Source of the DNA: Macrostomum lignano
Taxonomy: Eukaryota
DNA: 64,000 nt
NCBI GenBank assembly: GCA_002269645.1
Contig: NIVC01000807.1
Coordinates: forward strand, 306,781-370,780
Reading direction: 5' to 3'
Below, in pieces: positions 12,301-19,609 of this stretch (position 1 is its first letter; every line of letters begins with the position of its first letter). The translations under genes were made by a program, and so were the position numbers. Below the pieces are notes generated by a model that worked only from the letters and a program-made list of their open reading frames with translations, was not told the origin of the DNA and did no database searches.

Positions 12301-15300
12301 GTCGCTGTAGGAGTTCGCGACGTGTCAATCAATAATATTTTCCCGGAGCAGAAGCCTAAACTTGTCATTATGGGAATGGTCAATAGTGCCGCATATAACG
12401 GGGTGGCCACCCATAATCCGTTCAATTTCGAGCCATTTGGGGCGGACAGTGTGGCCCTGTACAAGGACGGTGTCAGTCTGTGCGGTCAACCATTCACTCC
12501 AAGGTTCGCTGCCCAAAACTATGCTCGCGAATACGCCATGCTGTTTAAGAGCCTAGGGAAAATGAATCGCGATTTGGACATTGACCTGTCATATTCGGAT
12601 TATCGCGCCGGTTACTGCTTATTTGCGTGGAATCTAATGCCCGACATGGAACTGGGTGGACATAGCATGCCTCGCGAGAGAGGGAATCTTACCCTACAGA
12701 TAAAGTTTTCTGCAGCCCTACCTGCCGGGATTAACGTTTTGGTGTTTGGTTACTTTGACAACGCGGTGCAAATCACTAGAGGCCGCCAGCCCATTCTGGA
12801 CTACGTATGAACACGTTGGAAATTTTGGAGTGTTTAAAACTACCTGTGGAAGTGCGCGTTTGCCCTCTTGACAGAATTCCTGCACCTGTTTACCCTGCTG
12901 CATATGTAATTAATTTTGACACGGGTAATCTGCCAGGCACCCACTGGGGACTGATTTGCCTACACGATGATAAGAGTGTGACATTTTTTGACCCTCTGTG
13001 TATTGAACCCGTGCCGGAATTGCTCTCGGCTTGGATCTCGAAGCATGTACATTCACCTGTTGCTATGAATCGCCACCCTGTTCAACACCCTCTAAGTGTA
13101 GCGTGTGGGCCGCATGTGATTTTTGTGGCCGAAAAGCACTTTTTAGAGGGGTTGTCGATTGAAAAGATTTTAAGGGAATGTTACTCTACCAATCTGCTTG
13201 AAAATGATTTGATGGTTCGAAAACATGTTCTACAAATAAAATAGTTTTTAATATTTGGAGTGTCAACTCGCCCTGAAAATGTACCAAACAATTGATCCTG
13301 ACGCTCTAAAGTTTGCTCCAAATACTTCGGCGATTTTTGCTGGTGTTAACCAGAGCGGAAAAACAACTCTTGTTAAAGAATTGCTGCGAAACGAGTTTTT
13401 TCAGGACCCTAAGCCTGTTCGCGTTGATTGGTTTGGGCACTATCCAGACCCGGAACTGTTTGAATTACCGTACCCTGTCAATTTTCGCTCGTCTACATTT
13501 AACCCTGAAACCTATGTTCCCGCTCCGAATATTCTACTCGTTGTCGATGATCAAATGCAAGCCATGGAAAAAAACGCTGCTTTTACCGCATTTTTCACTC
13601 GCAAAGTCAGCCATGTGGGATTCCGGCTTTGGTACCTTGTACAAAACCTGTTTGCCAAGGGCAAGGAGCACCGCACTCAATCCCTTAACGCAAACTACCT
13701 TGTATTGTTCCGCAATGTACGGGACGTTAGTACAGTCGCCCATATTGCAAAGCAGCTTGTCCCCGCTAACCCAAAAAGTTTTGTTCAAATGTACGAAGAC
13801 GCCACTAGGGAGCCCTACTCCTACTTGATTGTTAATTGCTTGCAGAACGCATCTGTTCGCTACTATGCTAATGTGTTGGGGCGCTACCCCGTAGTTTATG
13901 CTAAATAAAACACTGTTGGAGAGCTTTGCTCTGTTTGCCGGATGGCCTGAACCTGAAACAACTAAAATACGTGTTTTTTCTTTTCAAGTCCTCTACTGCC
14001 CTGGGGGAGCTCTCTATCACTCACCGCCGGTCTGTCCCTCTACCACCCCGGCCTGGGGAAGCTCTCTGTCCCTCCGTGTGACTCACACTCCCTCTCTGTC
14101 CACGCCGCGTGCTGCGACATGCCGGGCAGCGCAGGGTGCCTCCACGCACTCTCTGTCCCAGCACCCCGTGTCTCTTTGTACCCCACCTCATACTGCTACA
14201 GGGGTCGCCTGTTATCTGTCCCCTGCTACAGGGGGATGGCGGCTCTCCACGCACTACCCCTCCTGCTACAGGGGCTGCTCTCTGTCCCCCGCATGGGGGG
14301 CCGGTTGCTCAGTGTACAGGGCTGCGTCAGCATCGGGGGTTTCCTTCCTACACTAACCGCGTGCACACGACATTGGTGGGAGGGGCGGGAATCCCCCGCC
14401 GGATGTACACCCCGAGGGAGGCCCATGCGCTGAAGGTACACTCGCTGGACGCCCAGCCGGCCGGATGTACACTCGCGGGAGGCCCACCCCGCTGGAGGTA
14501 CACTCGCTGGACACCCACCCCGCTGGAGGTACACCCCGGGGGAGGTGGTACACCCCGAGGGAGCACCTTGCCGCGGTGCTAGAGGCCGACATCAGCCCGA
14601 CGGACCTTCGCAAAATCGAGCCATCTGCCGTTGCTTAGTAGTATTTACACTGGCTTCCACTCCAGTCATTCATTTACACTGGCTTCCACTCCAGTCATTC
14701 CTTTGCACTGGCTTCCACTCCAGCCATTCCTTTCCACTGGCTTCCACTCCAGTCATTCCTTTGCACTGGCTCTCCAGTCATTCCTTTGCACTGGCTCTCC
14801 AGTCATTCATTTACACTGGCTTCCACTCCAGTCATTCATTTACACTGGCTTCCACTCCAGTCATTCCTTTCCACTGGCTTCCACTCCAGTCATTCATTTA
14901 CACTTGCTTCCACTCCAGTCATTCCTTTCCACTGGCTTCCACTCCAGTCATTCATTTACACTAGCTTCCATTTCAGTCATTCCTTTCCACTGGCCTCCAC
15001 TCCAGTCATTCTTTTATACTGGCTTCCACTCTAGCCATTCCTTTCCACTGGCTTCCACTCCAGCCATTCCTTTCCACTGGCTTCCACTCCAGCCATTCCT
15101 TTCCACTGGCTTCCACTCCAGCCATTCCTTTCCACTGGCTTCCACTCCAGCCATTCCTTTCCACTGGCTCCCACTCCAGCCATTCCTTTCCACTGGCTTC
15201 CACTCCAGCCATTCCTTTCCACTGGCTTCCACTCCAGCCATTCCTTTCCACTGGCTTCCACTCCAGCCATTCCTTTCCATTGGCTTCCACTCCAGCCATT

Positions 15301-16749
15301 CCTTTCCACTGGCTTCCACTCCAGCCATTCCTTTCCACTGGCTTCCACTCCAGCCATTCCTTTCCACTGGCTTCCACTCCAGCCATTCCTTTCCACTGGC
15401 TTCCACTCCAGCCATTCCTTTCCACTGGCTTCCACTCCAGTCATTCTTTTCCACTGGCTTCCACTCCAGTCATTCTTTTCCACTGGCTTCCACTCCAGCC
15501 ATTCCTTTCCACTGGCTTCCACTCCAGCCATTCCTTTCCATTGGCTTCCACTCCAGTCATTCTTTTCCACTGGCTTCCACTCCAGCCATTCCTTTCCACT
15601 GGCTTCCACTCCAGCCATTCCTTTCCACTGGCTTCCACTCCAGTCATTCTCTTTAAATCCTATCTTCAACTGGTCGAAATCACACTGTGCATAAAATCCA
15701 CTTCTTTCAGTAATCGCAGCTGAGATGTGAAATCGCTATCAACCAATCACTAAACCCAACATATTGTTGCGCACGCACTGCACAGGTAAAACGAATTGCC
15801 GGCCGCATCGTGCCAGCCATTGCCACCACAACTGCCGCGGTAGCCGGCCTGGTTACCATCGAGATGCTTAAGTACATCCGCCATCGGCCAAAGCCCTCTG
15901 CTCAGCCGGTCAGAGACGCCAATGAGCAACTGTCCGGCTATCGGAATTGCTTCCTGAACCTGGCCGTGCCGCTGCTAGTGCTGAGCGAGCCGGGACCTTG
16001 CCGCAAGCAGCCGCTGCCTGGCGGCCGGAATTTCACCGAATGGGACCGCTGGGAGGTCGGCCCGTTGAGCAGGTCGGCGACAATTGCCCAGCTGACCCAG
16101 CAGGTACAGCAGCGCTACGGCCTGACACCGTCCATGGTGTGCCAGGGTTCCAAGTCTGTCTACATACCCATGCTCCCGGGCCACCGGAAGCGGCTGCAGC
16201 AGACGTGAGCATGCCATTTTGATGACCCATTAAGCAACTCTGTGTCCTTCAATTGACCCGATAAACCATATCCTGTGTCCTTAATTGACCCGGTAAACCA
16301 TATCTAGTCTCCTTCAACTGGCCCGATAAACCATATCCTGTGCCCTTCAACTGACCCGATAAACCATATCCTGTGCCCTTCAACTGACCCGATTAACCAT
16401 ATCCTGTGCCCTTTAACTGACCCGATAAACCATATCCTGTGTCCTTCAACTGACCCGATAAACCATATCCTGTGTCCTTCAATTGACCCAATTAACCATA
16501 TCCTGTGTCCTTCAACTGACCCGATTAACCATATCCTGTGCCCTTTAACTGACCCCGGCAACCCGGCTCTGGCCTCTCAATCGCAGGCTGCTAACTCACG
16601 CCCGCGTGAACCCGGGCGACAGCTACGTGGACCTGACTGTCATGTACGAACCGGACGCTTCAATTTGCCGCGGCGATGCAGCTACAGACGATGATATCGA
16701 GACTGACATTGTTGGCCCGATTGTTCGAGTGCACCTGAGTGACGAGTGA
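391..16749 (+). CDS. UBA6: Ubiquitin-like modifier-activating enzyme 6 (E1); join(391..912,1624..1954,2106..3805,15786..16204,16587..16749), 1044 aa
   Basis: Five exons joined by GT-AG introns with matching phases give one 3135-nt frame. UBA6-type rather than UBA1-type motifs: LYSRQRYVMG, VGCGAIGCELLKNFAL, catalytic-Cys segment DPTEEEQVPYCTLKTFP..ARDKFESSF, KRIAGRIVPAIATTTAAVAGL, UFD end YIPMLPGHRKRL..YVDLTV. Confidence 0.93.
1100..1530. repeat. 21-bp minisatellite (CTAGTCTATGGGATACTACAC) in UBA6 intron 1
   Basis: Tandem units visible directly; 7-aa period in the ORF track. Confidence 0.95.
3830..4101. repeat. 25/29-bp minisatellite in UBA6 intron 3, left of the Polinton insertion
   Basis: Units such as CCACTGGCTTCCACTCCAGTCATTCCTTT; the array continues after the element. 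Confidence 0.9.
4096..4101 (+). other. Left target-site duplication ATTTAC (right copy 14643..14648)
   Basis: Same hexamer immediately outside both TIR tips; removing the element and one copy restores a normal minisatellite unit (CATTCATTTACACTGGC). Confidence 0.92.
4102..4761 (+). repeat. Left terminal inverted repeat (~660 bp)
   Basis: Reverse complement of ~14009..14642 apart from a 25-bp extra unit and homopolymer-length differences; GC-rich with internal direct repeats. Confidence 0.93.
4849..5628 (+). CDS. Fic/Doc-domain protein, predicted AMPylase (~259 aa from first ATG)
   Basis: Canonical Fic motif HPFSDGNGRTARL, preceded by flap region NAGSYRIKHAKPAG; no TPR or TM segment as in metazoan FICD. 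Confidence 0.88.
   Translation: MENMEEGITDNPYFSNESVRARLPLIERLLSDTRKRIEGLTAKERLEFTYLARLAFVTEVNIEEREVALTWEEAEEAIKTGSCMVTANLWSAAIHLNDTRGLIDTEFVRQVHTRVCRGLLPNAGSYRIKHAKPAGASMYYSAPENIERQLVKLTRDIKEPQILRDAVVTGAYFLEKFLTIHPFSDGNGRTARLLLSKLINRILPEPVSFAYANRDTYLNCLYEARSSNRGLLAAYLLLSIERTVLQWREWLEICSDGSL
5663..6016 (+). CDS. Hypothetical protein, 117 aa, acidic C-terminus; weak PC4-like resemblance
   Basis: ATG 39 nt after TATAAATA; stop overlaps next ATG (ATGA). PGAVFSRAQWHRMK loosely recalls PC4 KGISLNPEQWSQLK (inference only). Confidence 0.6.
   Translation: MYWQSEIVYTHVDNAVLEVGYWDPNKPRFRIHCQNCSCPGAVFSRAQWHRMKFLGTSCTDYDLGGGASIKVIDGKRLYVKGDCEFHLSDKILCAVEKNRVDNFFHYFFLDESDESEE
6013..6528 (+). CDS. Hypothetical protein, 171 aa, two Cys/His clusters (CICH, HCSCIH)
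   Basis: ATG-initiated ORF coupled by ATGA overlap; no family recognised. Confidence 0.6.
   Translation: MSWISRDYPLLSSKERAEYETLKKSTDWLCICHGKPIPERLVTFNVEVDEIGQGPYSTQEYTDARIDYYFRDKMHFKANLQRMEQIIAPILQEDHREKIRYRNHQPIAPSWTEHQRIWRPKHSRPVLAKLTINPHCSCIHDTPQTPRPEDRNKRFIFSGFPTPESVVKEGL
6566..6574 (+). promoter_or_regulatory. TATA box (TATATAAGG) upstream of ORF starting at 6617
   Basis: Consensus TATA ~50 nt before the ATG at 6617. Confidence 0.6.
6617..7297 (+). CDS. Hypothetical protein, 226 aa, possible OB-fold ssDNA-binding protein with basic tail
   Basis: ATG in CAACATGG context after TATA box; YRVLFALDTAVIHDSVLTAVPKIQQLQF resembles the C-terminal strands of viral SSBs (inference); K/R-rich NLS-like tail. 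Confidence 0.6.
   Translation: MDTVQDYNSIRIDLFSLKSRGPSYNGTETYDIEYDEQGPLYLANATPVLIVKGVRTDNEGREFIILSQKHLESCIPEAFNSVCHQLSIQGMALLGYNPTFGCDSAAFGLAHDFKMYDKSGKLCTDYKNKTGYYRVLFALDTAVIHDSVLTAVPKIQQLQFIEAPKQAFDRCYWIPPLKIKVGRKRGAAGAERKQKQPKKPLAERRVRKQGVLRKVEPPTELGLGAR
7218..7697 (+). CDS. Open frame of 159 codons with no usable ATG, CxxC motif (KCLLCGK)
   Basis: Fills the gap between two real genes without stops; start codon unresolved. Confidence 0.4.
   Translation: MQNVVCVNRVFCARWNHLPNLDWARARTFHRPRALYNLRIGKCTINFFKRSLSAIVFGCQSTNDVLRLFAQCKPNSVVITTGTYRAEVNVKPNFFRLANSSSRWVEWESEVFNGLVIKSPFRKAKCLLCGKNGRLVFLGIRNYDELCKMYDHVTAILQL
7736..8125 (+). CDS. Polinton-type small protein with C-terminal amphipathic helix (putative membrane-lytic, pVI/cupiennin-like)
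   Basis: LCELSHNVLKGNIDLS followed by QVGGFLPILAKIAAPLITGLFGGLL matches my recollection of a conserved Polinton/adintovirus gene; exact start (7736/7745/7763) uncertain. Confidence 0.7.
   Translation: MHAMLTTLIMTNGISRLCSCRRELEELGDARPHRRRAIIRGADNELMQCLCELSHNVLKGNIDLSPRQFARLKRYREALHDMADKKLSINRKKNMILSDPQVGGFLPILAKIAAPLITGLFGGLLGQRR
8128..8754 (+). CDS. Polinton-type hypothetical protein, 208 aa
   Basis: ATG 2 nt after previous stop; MDKYVVVP start and GETWGGSNVFDLL...FWALLDKARIPMSM pattern recall a conserved Polinton ORF (from memory). Confidence 0.65.
   Translation: MDKYVVVPEEEFNQLRQGTPREIAPKSEYEKLVEYNAKLQTQLAKVKPQKTTKQLFSDRQQRIWNILTEKHPSLNYNQSWEVVFDGETWGGSNVFDLLQAVTTNTNNHPKYSTAFWALLDKARIPMSMLGRKQLPVEEKKVDHMVGTDDYRDEYEHTIATDTRDLTTTRNKGVNAMPKLVDRGTGVGKYHDYQLRPPEKKKKYVTLYK
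8887..9966 (+). CDS. Retroviral-like (rve/DDE) integrase with C-terminal chromodomain-like region
   Basis: LQADLMDM, VIIDVLSK, HVDRGTEF, KANMAERLIRTLR core motifs; C-terminal YVSWRGYPDTFNSFV is chromo-like; typical Polinton c-INT. Confidence 0.93.
   Translation: MRALTALRRVYEQGAAAFSNAARVYQEAKRLAPNLTRRQTREWLETQPSYTRHRRVNRTFKTGKVMSGGFMETLQADLMDMSRYKRWNDGHKYILVIIDVLSKQAFCRAIKLKSDTPAAFESMLANDFPARPLYLHVDRGTEFYNQRMRRILKDNNVKMYSTNSVYKANMAERLIRTLRKRLARYFEHNNTWRWVDYLPNLIGNYNNTTHSTIEMKPSSVGFHNQKRVWEKLYPDQQKDDPVYKKGDFVRISKSRRAFDKEAYDMYSEEVYIISKVCPGPPHFYRISDLSGEVIEGRFYYNELSKSTRPERFVINKVLRRNVLINGVAHHYVSWRGYPDTFNSFVPVNEVINIRQRNNN
9979..11109 (+). CDS. Minor capsid protein (penton, single jelly roll with insertion)
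   Basis: N-term LFLPSNAC..YPENNPAHYFINLP..EVCL and C-term MYIYSSIVDSVIVGDVKVPLL..NPAYLPL..TIEVQINDDMG match the Polinton penton pattern. Confidence 0.85.
   Translation: MHLFLPSNACPEHYPENNPAHYFINLPDTLHFPNHEVCLERIYFTKEFESFKKSIPITIREQEGLLTASSFASLCLAAGLKTPEECISGFLNGIRYVEGDNKKIVFLRTSPTAFMIVNTSKSTVGIKFPDALPKVFKLVAGFESNEDLPTELVLHAGCAASITAVVEEPTVQSMDHAPIIRQVTSAASDQIYFMQSGYYSTPKRLVEELNDLIWKRIKDLIAAPAPRKDFFGYSEVTNRCYYIGSVDYMFGLGRLTSVLGFPEHDYTTPFFGISDFYANASMELTGGIQTMYIYSSIVDSVIVGDVKVPLLGAIPMDPKVQGGREYYEFVNPAYLPLVKHPFKTIEVQINDDMGRDMTKVMRGKTVLSVNIREKKL
11153..11497 (+). CDS. Small basic core-protein-like ORF (pVII/pX-like)
   Basis: QRGNG and QRGSG motifs, K/R-rich C-terminus, position between penton and major capsid. 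Confidence 0.75.
   Translation: MPSILIGGALPVFAGAQRGNGLFGSIARFALPILKSFGKNVLRHGTRALATTVNDSLEQGGNLKESVLRNSVQAAKDAFKDTVTQRGSGRRRKKAPKRLNSDIFSTINKKPRFN
11527..12810 (+). CDS. Major capsid protein (double jelly roll), 427 aa
   Basis: CTKSEFELF..Q..EIHP..VEFRI..FVDL N-terminus, APINYLLETMFKNVSLSING, NPFNFEPF and GYCLFAWNLMPD match Polinton PY/hexon. Confidence 0.9.
   Translation: MSECLCTKSEFELFAPRAHQIAAVGSTTEEIHPVASVENASVVEFRIVGGETFVDLNDIDLEIKGCIKRANGADLAADSNVAPINYLLETMFKNVSLSINGTHIESSNNNHAYKAYIRTCLSYGSDSKSNQLRMMGYAKDAGGQMAAVGNPGFVTRKAMAAGSRTFHLYGPLSLDFFVTNDRMLLPYTDMVVTLTLQNSGFVVENHAEGVDAKLVLQSAKLHVRRVKANPQLALEIEEQLATQNAVYPIERLVVHNTSVAVGVRDVSINNIFPEQKPKLVIMGMVNSAAYNGVATHNPFNFEPFGADSVALYKDGVSLCGQPFTPRFAAQNYAREYAMLFKSLGKMNRDLDIDLSYSDYRAGYCLFAWNLMPDMELGGHSMPRERGNLTLQIKFSAALPAGINVLVFGYFDNAVQITRGRQPILDYV
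12807..13244 (+). CDS. Adenain-like cysteine maturation protease
   Basis: VINFD..PGTHW (His), FFDP (Asp), QHPLSVACG (Gln, Cys); ATGA overlap with capsid stop. Confidence 0.88.
   Translation: MNTLEILECLKLPVEVRVCPLDRIPAPVYPAAYVINFDTGNLPGTHWGLICLHDDKSVTFFDPLCIEPVPELLSAWISKHVHSPVAMNRHPVQHPLSVACGPHVIFVAEKHFLEGLSIEKILRECYSTNLLENDLMVRKHVLQIK
13279..13908 (+). CDS. A32/FtsK-like DNA packaging ATPase
   Basis: Walker A GVNQSGKTT, Walker B LLVVDD, FTRKVSH..VQNLF..RTQSLNANYLVLFRNVRD. Confidence 0.92.
   Translation: MYQTIDPDALKFAPNTSAIFAGVNQSGKTTLVKELLRNEFFQDPKPVRVDWFGHYPDPELFELPYPVNFRSSTFNPETYVPAPNILLVVDDQMQAMEKNAAFTAFFTRKVSHVGFRLWYLVQNLFAKGKEHRTQSLNANYLVLFRNVRDVSTVAHIAKQLVPANPKSFVQMYEDATREPYSYLIVNCLQNASVRYYANVLGRYPVVYAK
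14009..14642 (-). repeat. Right terminal inverted repeat (~634 bp)
   Basis: Reverse complement of the left TIR, ending GCTTAGTAGT. Confidence 0.93.
14643..15650. repeat. 29-bp minisatellite in UBA6 intron 3, right of the insertion
   Basis: CCACTGGCTTCCACTCCAG(C/T)CATTCCTTT units; produces the spurious periodic ORFs. Confidence 0.95.
16240..16556. repeat. 33-bp minisatellite in UBA6 intron 4
   Basis: GACCCGATAAACCATATCCTGTGCCCTTCAACT units. Confidence 0.93.
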
Positions 16750-17062
16750 TGACAGCGGCGATGTATTCATCGGATTGAAATTGACTATTCCGATATCACT
16801 GTTCAAATTATCCATGTTCAAAGCGCCCGGTCACGCTTAGCTAAGTTGCTTGAGACTAGAAATACCCTCACAGAGTTCATAAATGTACTCAAATCCCATC
16901 TCAATCCCGATGTGTGTTTTTTGACCTTAGATAACCTACGAAACAATTGCTTTCGCAATATAAAGTCTTGTTCGCTTGCTTTGCTTTCTGAGGTCCTAAC
17001 AGGCTTTCTTACACTTTTTATGCTTCTTATATAACTTTATTTCACTTGGTCTTATAATTCAG

Positions 17063-17525
17063 TGTTCTGTCCCTCTCCCTGACCATCCATCAGTGTGACA
17101 TGGCTGTTCTGTCCCCCTCCCTGACCATCCATCTGTGAGACATGGCTGTTCTGTCACCCTCCCTGACCATCCATCTGTGAGACAAGGCTGTTCTGTCCCC
17201 CTCCCTGAACATCCATCTGTGAGACATGACTGTTATGTCACCCTCCCTGACCATCCATCAGTGAGACAAGGCTGTTCTGTCACCCTCCCTGAACATCCAT
17301 CTGTGAGACATGGCTGTTCTGTCACCCTCCCTGACCATCCATCAGTGTGACATGGCTGTTCTGTCACCCTCCCTGACCATCCATCAGTGAGACATGGCTG
17401 TTCTGTCACCCTCTCTGACAGTGAGACATGGCTGTTCTGTCACCCTCTCTCACAGTGAGACATGGCTGTTCTGTCACCCTCTCTGACAGTGAGGCATGGC
17501 TGTTCTGTCACCTTCCCTGACCACT
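17063..17525. repeat. 42-bp (later 34-bp) minisatellite between UBA6 and SMU1
   Basis: GTTCTGTCACCCTCCCTGACCATCCATCAGTGAGACATGGCT units. Confidence 0.92.
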
Positions 17526-17657
17526 CATTACTAAGCTGTCCTCTACCCAACTCGGCAGGTAGAGTATTAGTTAGTTGCCTATTATGCTTACTATAAACAG
17601 TAGTGAGATGATATTCTAATCTTCTATTCCAGCTACCGCTGCTGCTGCTGAGCCGCA

Positions 17658-18014
17658 ATGGCCATCGAGATTGAATCTGCCGATGTGGTTCGCCTCATTG
17701 CTCAGTACTTGAAAGAGAACAACCTGCCCAGAACTCTGGCTATTCTGCAGGAGGAGAGCGGGATATCGCTTAACACTGTGGATAGCGTAGACTCATTCAT
17801 GTCCGAGATTCATTCCGGACACTGGGACACTGTGCTGCAGGTGAGTTGTCTGCGCTTTAATTATGCCGTGTTCGATATTTAATAGTAATATTAATATGCA
17901 TTAGCGCTCCTATGCATCGAGATGCGTGTCTTAGTGTTATACTGTCTGTCTGTCTGTATATTTGTCTGTCTGCCTGTGTGTCTGTCTGTCTGTCTGCCTG
18001 TCTGTCTGTCTGTA

Positions 18015-18048
<34 letters not shown>

Positions 18049-18054
18049 CCTGTG

Positions 18055-18095
<41 letters not shown>

Positions 18096-18214
18096 TCCTG
18101 TCTGTCTGTATGTTTGTCTGTCTGTCTGTCTGCCTGTCTGTCTGTATGTTTGTCTGTCTGTCTGTCTGTCTGTCTGCCTGTCTGTCTGTCTGTCTGCCTG
18201 TCTGTGTGTTTGTT

Positions 18215-18253
<39 letters not shown>

Positions 18254-19310
18254 GCCTGTCTGTCTGTATGTTTGTCTGTCTGTCTGTCTGCCTGTCTGTC
18301 TGTATGTTTGTCTGTCTGTCTGTCTGTCTGCCTGTCTGTCTGTCTGTCTGCCTGTCTGTGTGTTTGTTTCTGTCTGTCTGTCTGTCTGTCTGTCTGCCTG
18401 TGTCTGTCTGCCTGTCTGTGTGTTTGTCTGTGTCTGTCTGTCTGTCTGTTTGTCTGTGTCTGTCTGTCTGTCTGTGTATCGTTATGTACGTCTTCCTATG
18501 AGTCCTATCTATCTGACAGTCTATTATGCCCTACAAAGATACAAGTCCAAACCGCCCCGCCCGCTATGAATCTGCAGGTGGTGCAGAGCATAAAGCTGCC
18601 CGAGGCCAAGCTCATGGACCTGTACGAACAGATTGTAGTCGAACTGGCCGAACTTCGCGAACTCGGCGCGGCTCGCACAGTGATGAAGCAGACGGACCCG
18701 ATGCTCTGCATGAAGCAGTCTCAGCCGGACCGCTACGTGCACCTGGAGAATGTTCTGGCCAGGTCTTACTTCGATCCGCGCGAGGCCTACCCGGACGGCA
18801 CTAGCAAGGAGAAACGCCGGCACGCCATTGCCCAGGCCCTGGCTAGTGAAGTGTCAGTTGTGCCGCCGTCTCGCCTGCTGGCCCTGCTAGGCCAGGCTCT
18901 GAAATGGCAGCAGCACCAGGGCCTGCTGCCGCCCGGCACGGCTATCGACGTGTTCCGCGGCAAAGCGGCGGTTCGCGAGAAAGAGGACGAACGCTATCCG
19001 ACCACGCTGAGCGTTACAATTCGGCTGGGCCAGAAGAGCCACGTTGAGGTGGCCAAGTTCTCGCCAGACGGCCAGTTTCTGGTCACTGGCAGCGTGGACG
19101 GATTCATCGAATTGTGGAATTTTATTACCGGAAAGATTCGAAAGGATTTGAAGTATCAGGTGCGATTTGGGTGGAACACTTGTTAGCTGTGCTGTCAGAG
19201 AGACTGACACAAGTAGACATAGATATTGATAGATCGATTAATTGATAGATAGACAGATTGATACATAGATAGACCCAAGATAGATAAAAGGCGGGCAGAC
19301 AGACAGACAC

Positions 19311-19352
<42 letters not shown>

Positions 19353-19388
19353 CAGACAGACACACAGACAGACAAGACAGACAGACAC

Positions 19389-19435
<47 letters not shown>

Positions 19436-19436
19436 C

Positions 19437-19523
<87 letters not shown>

Positions 19524-19524
19524 C

Positions 19525-19609
<85 letters not shown>

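Larger units (their letters stand above)
4102..14642 (+). mobile_element. Polinton/Maverick (adintovirus-like) endogenous viral element, 10,541 bp, lacking pPolB and carrying a Fic gene
   Basis: Long TIRs (5'-ACTACTAAGC...GCTTAGTAGT-3'), 6-bp TSD, intronless tightly packed co-oriented ORFs including rve integrase, penton, double-jelly-roll capsid, adenain-like protease and A32-like ATPase. Confidence 0.93.

Noticed and set aside
4762-14008. Hidden or degraded pPolB within the element
   Set aside because: No ORF or gap is large enough and no PolB motifs appear in the six-frame track; a profile search should still confirm this.
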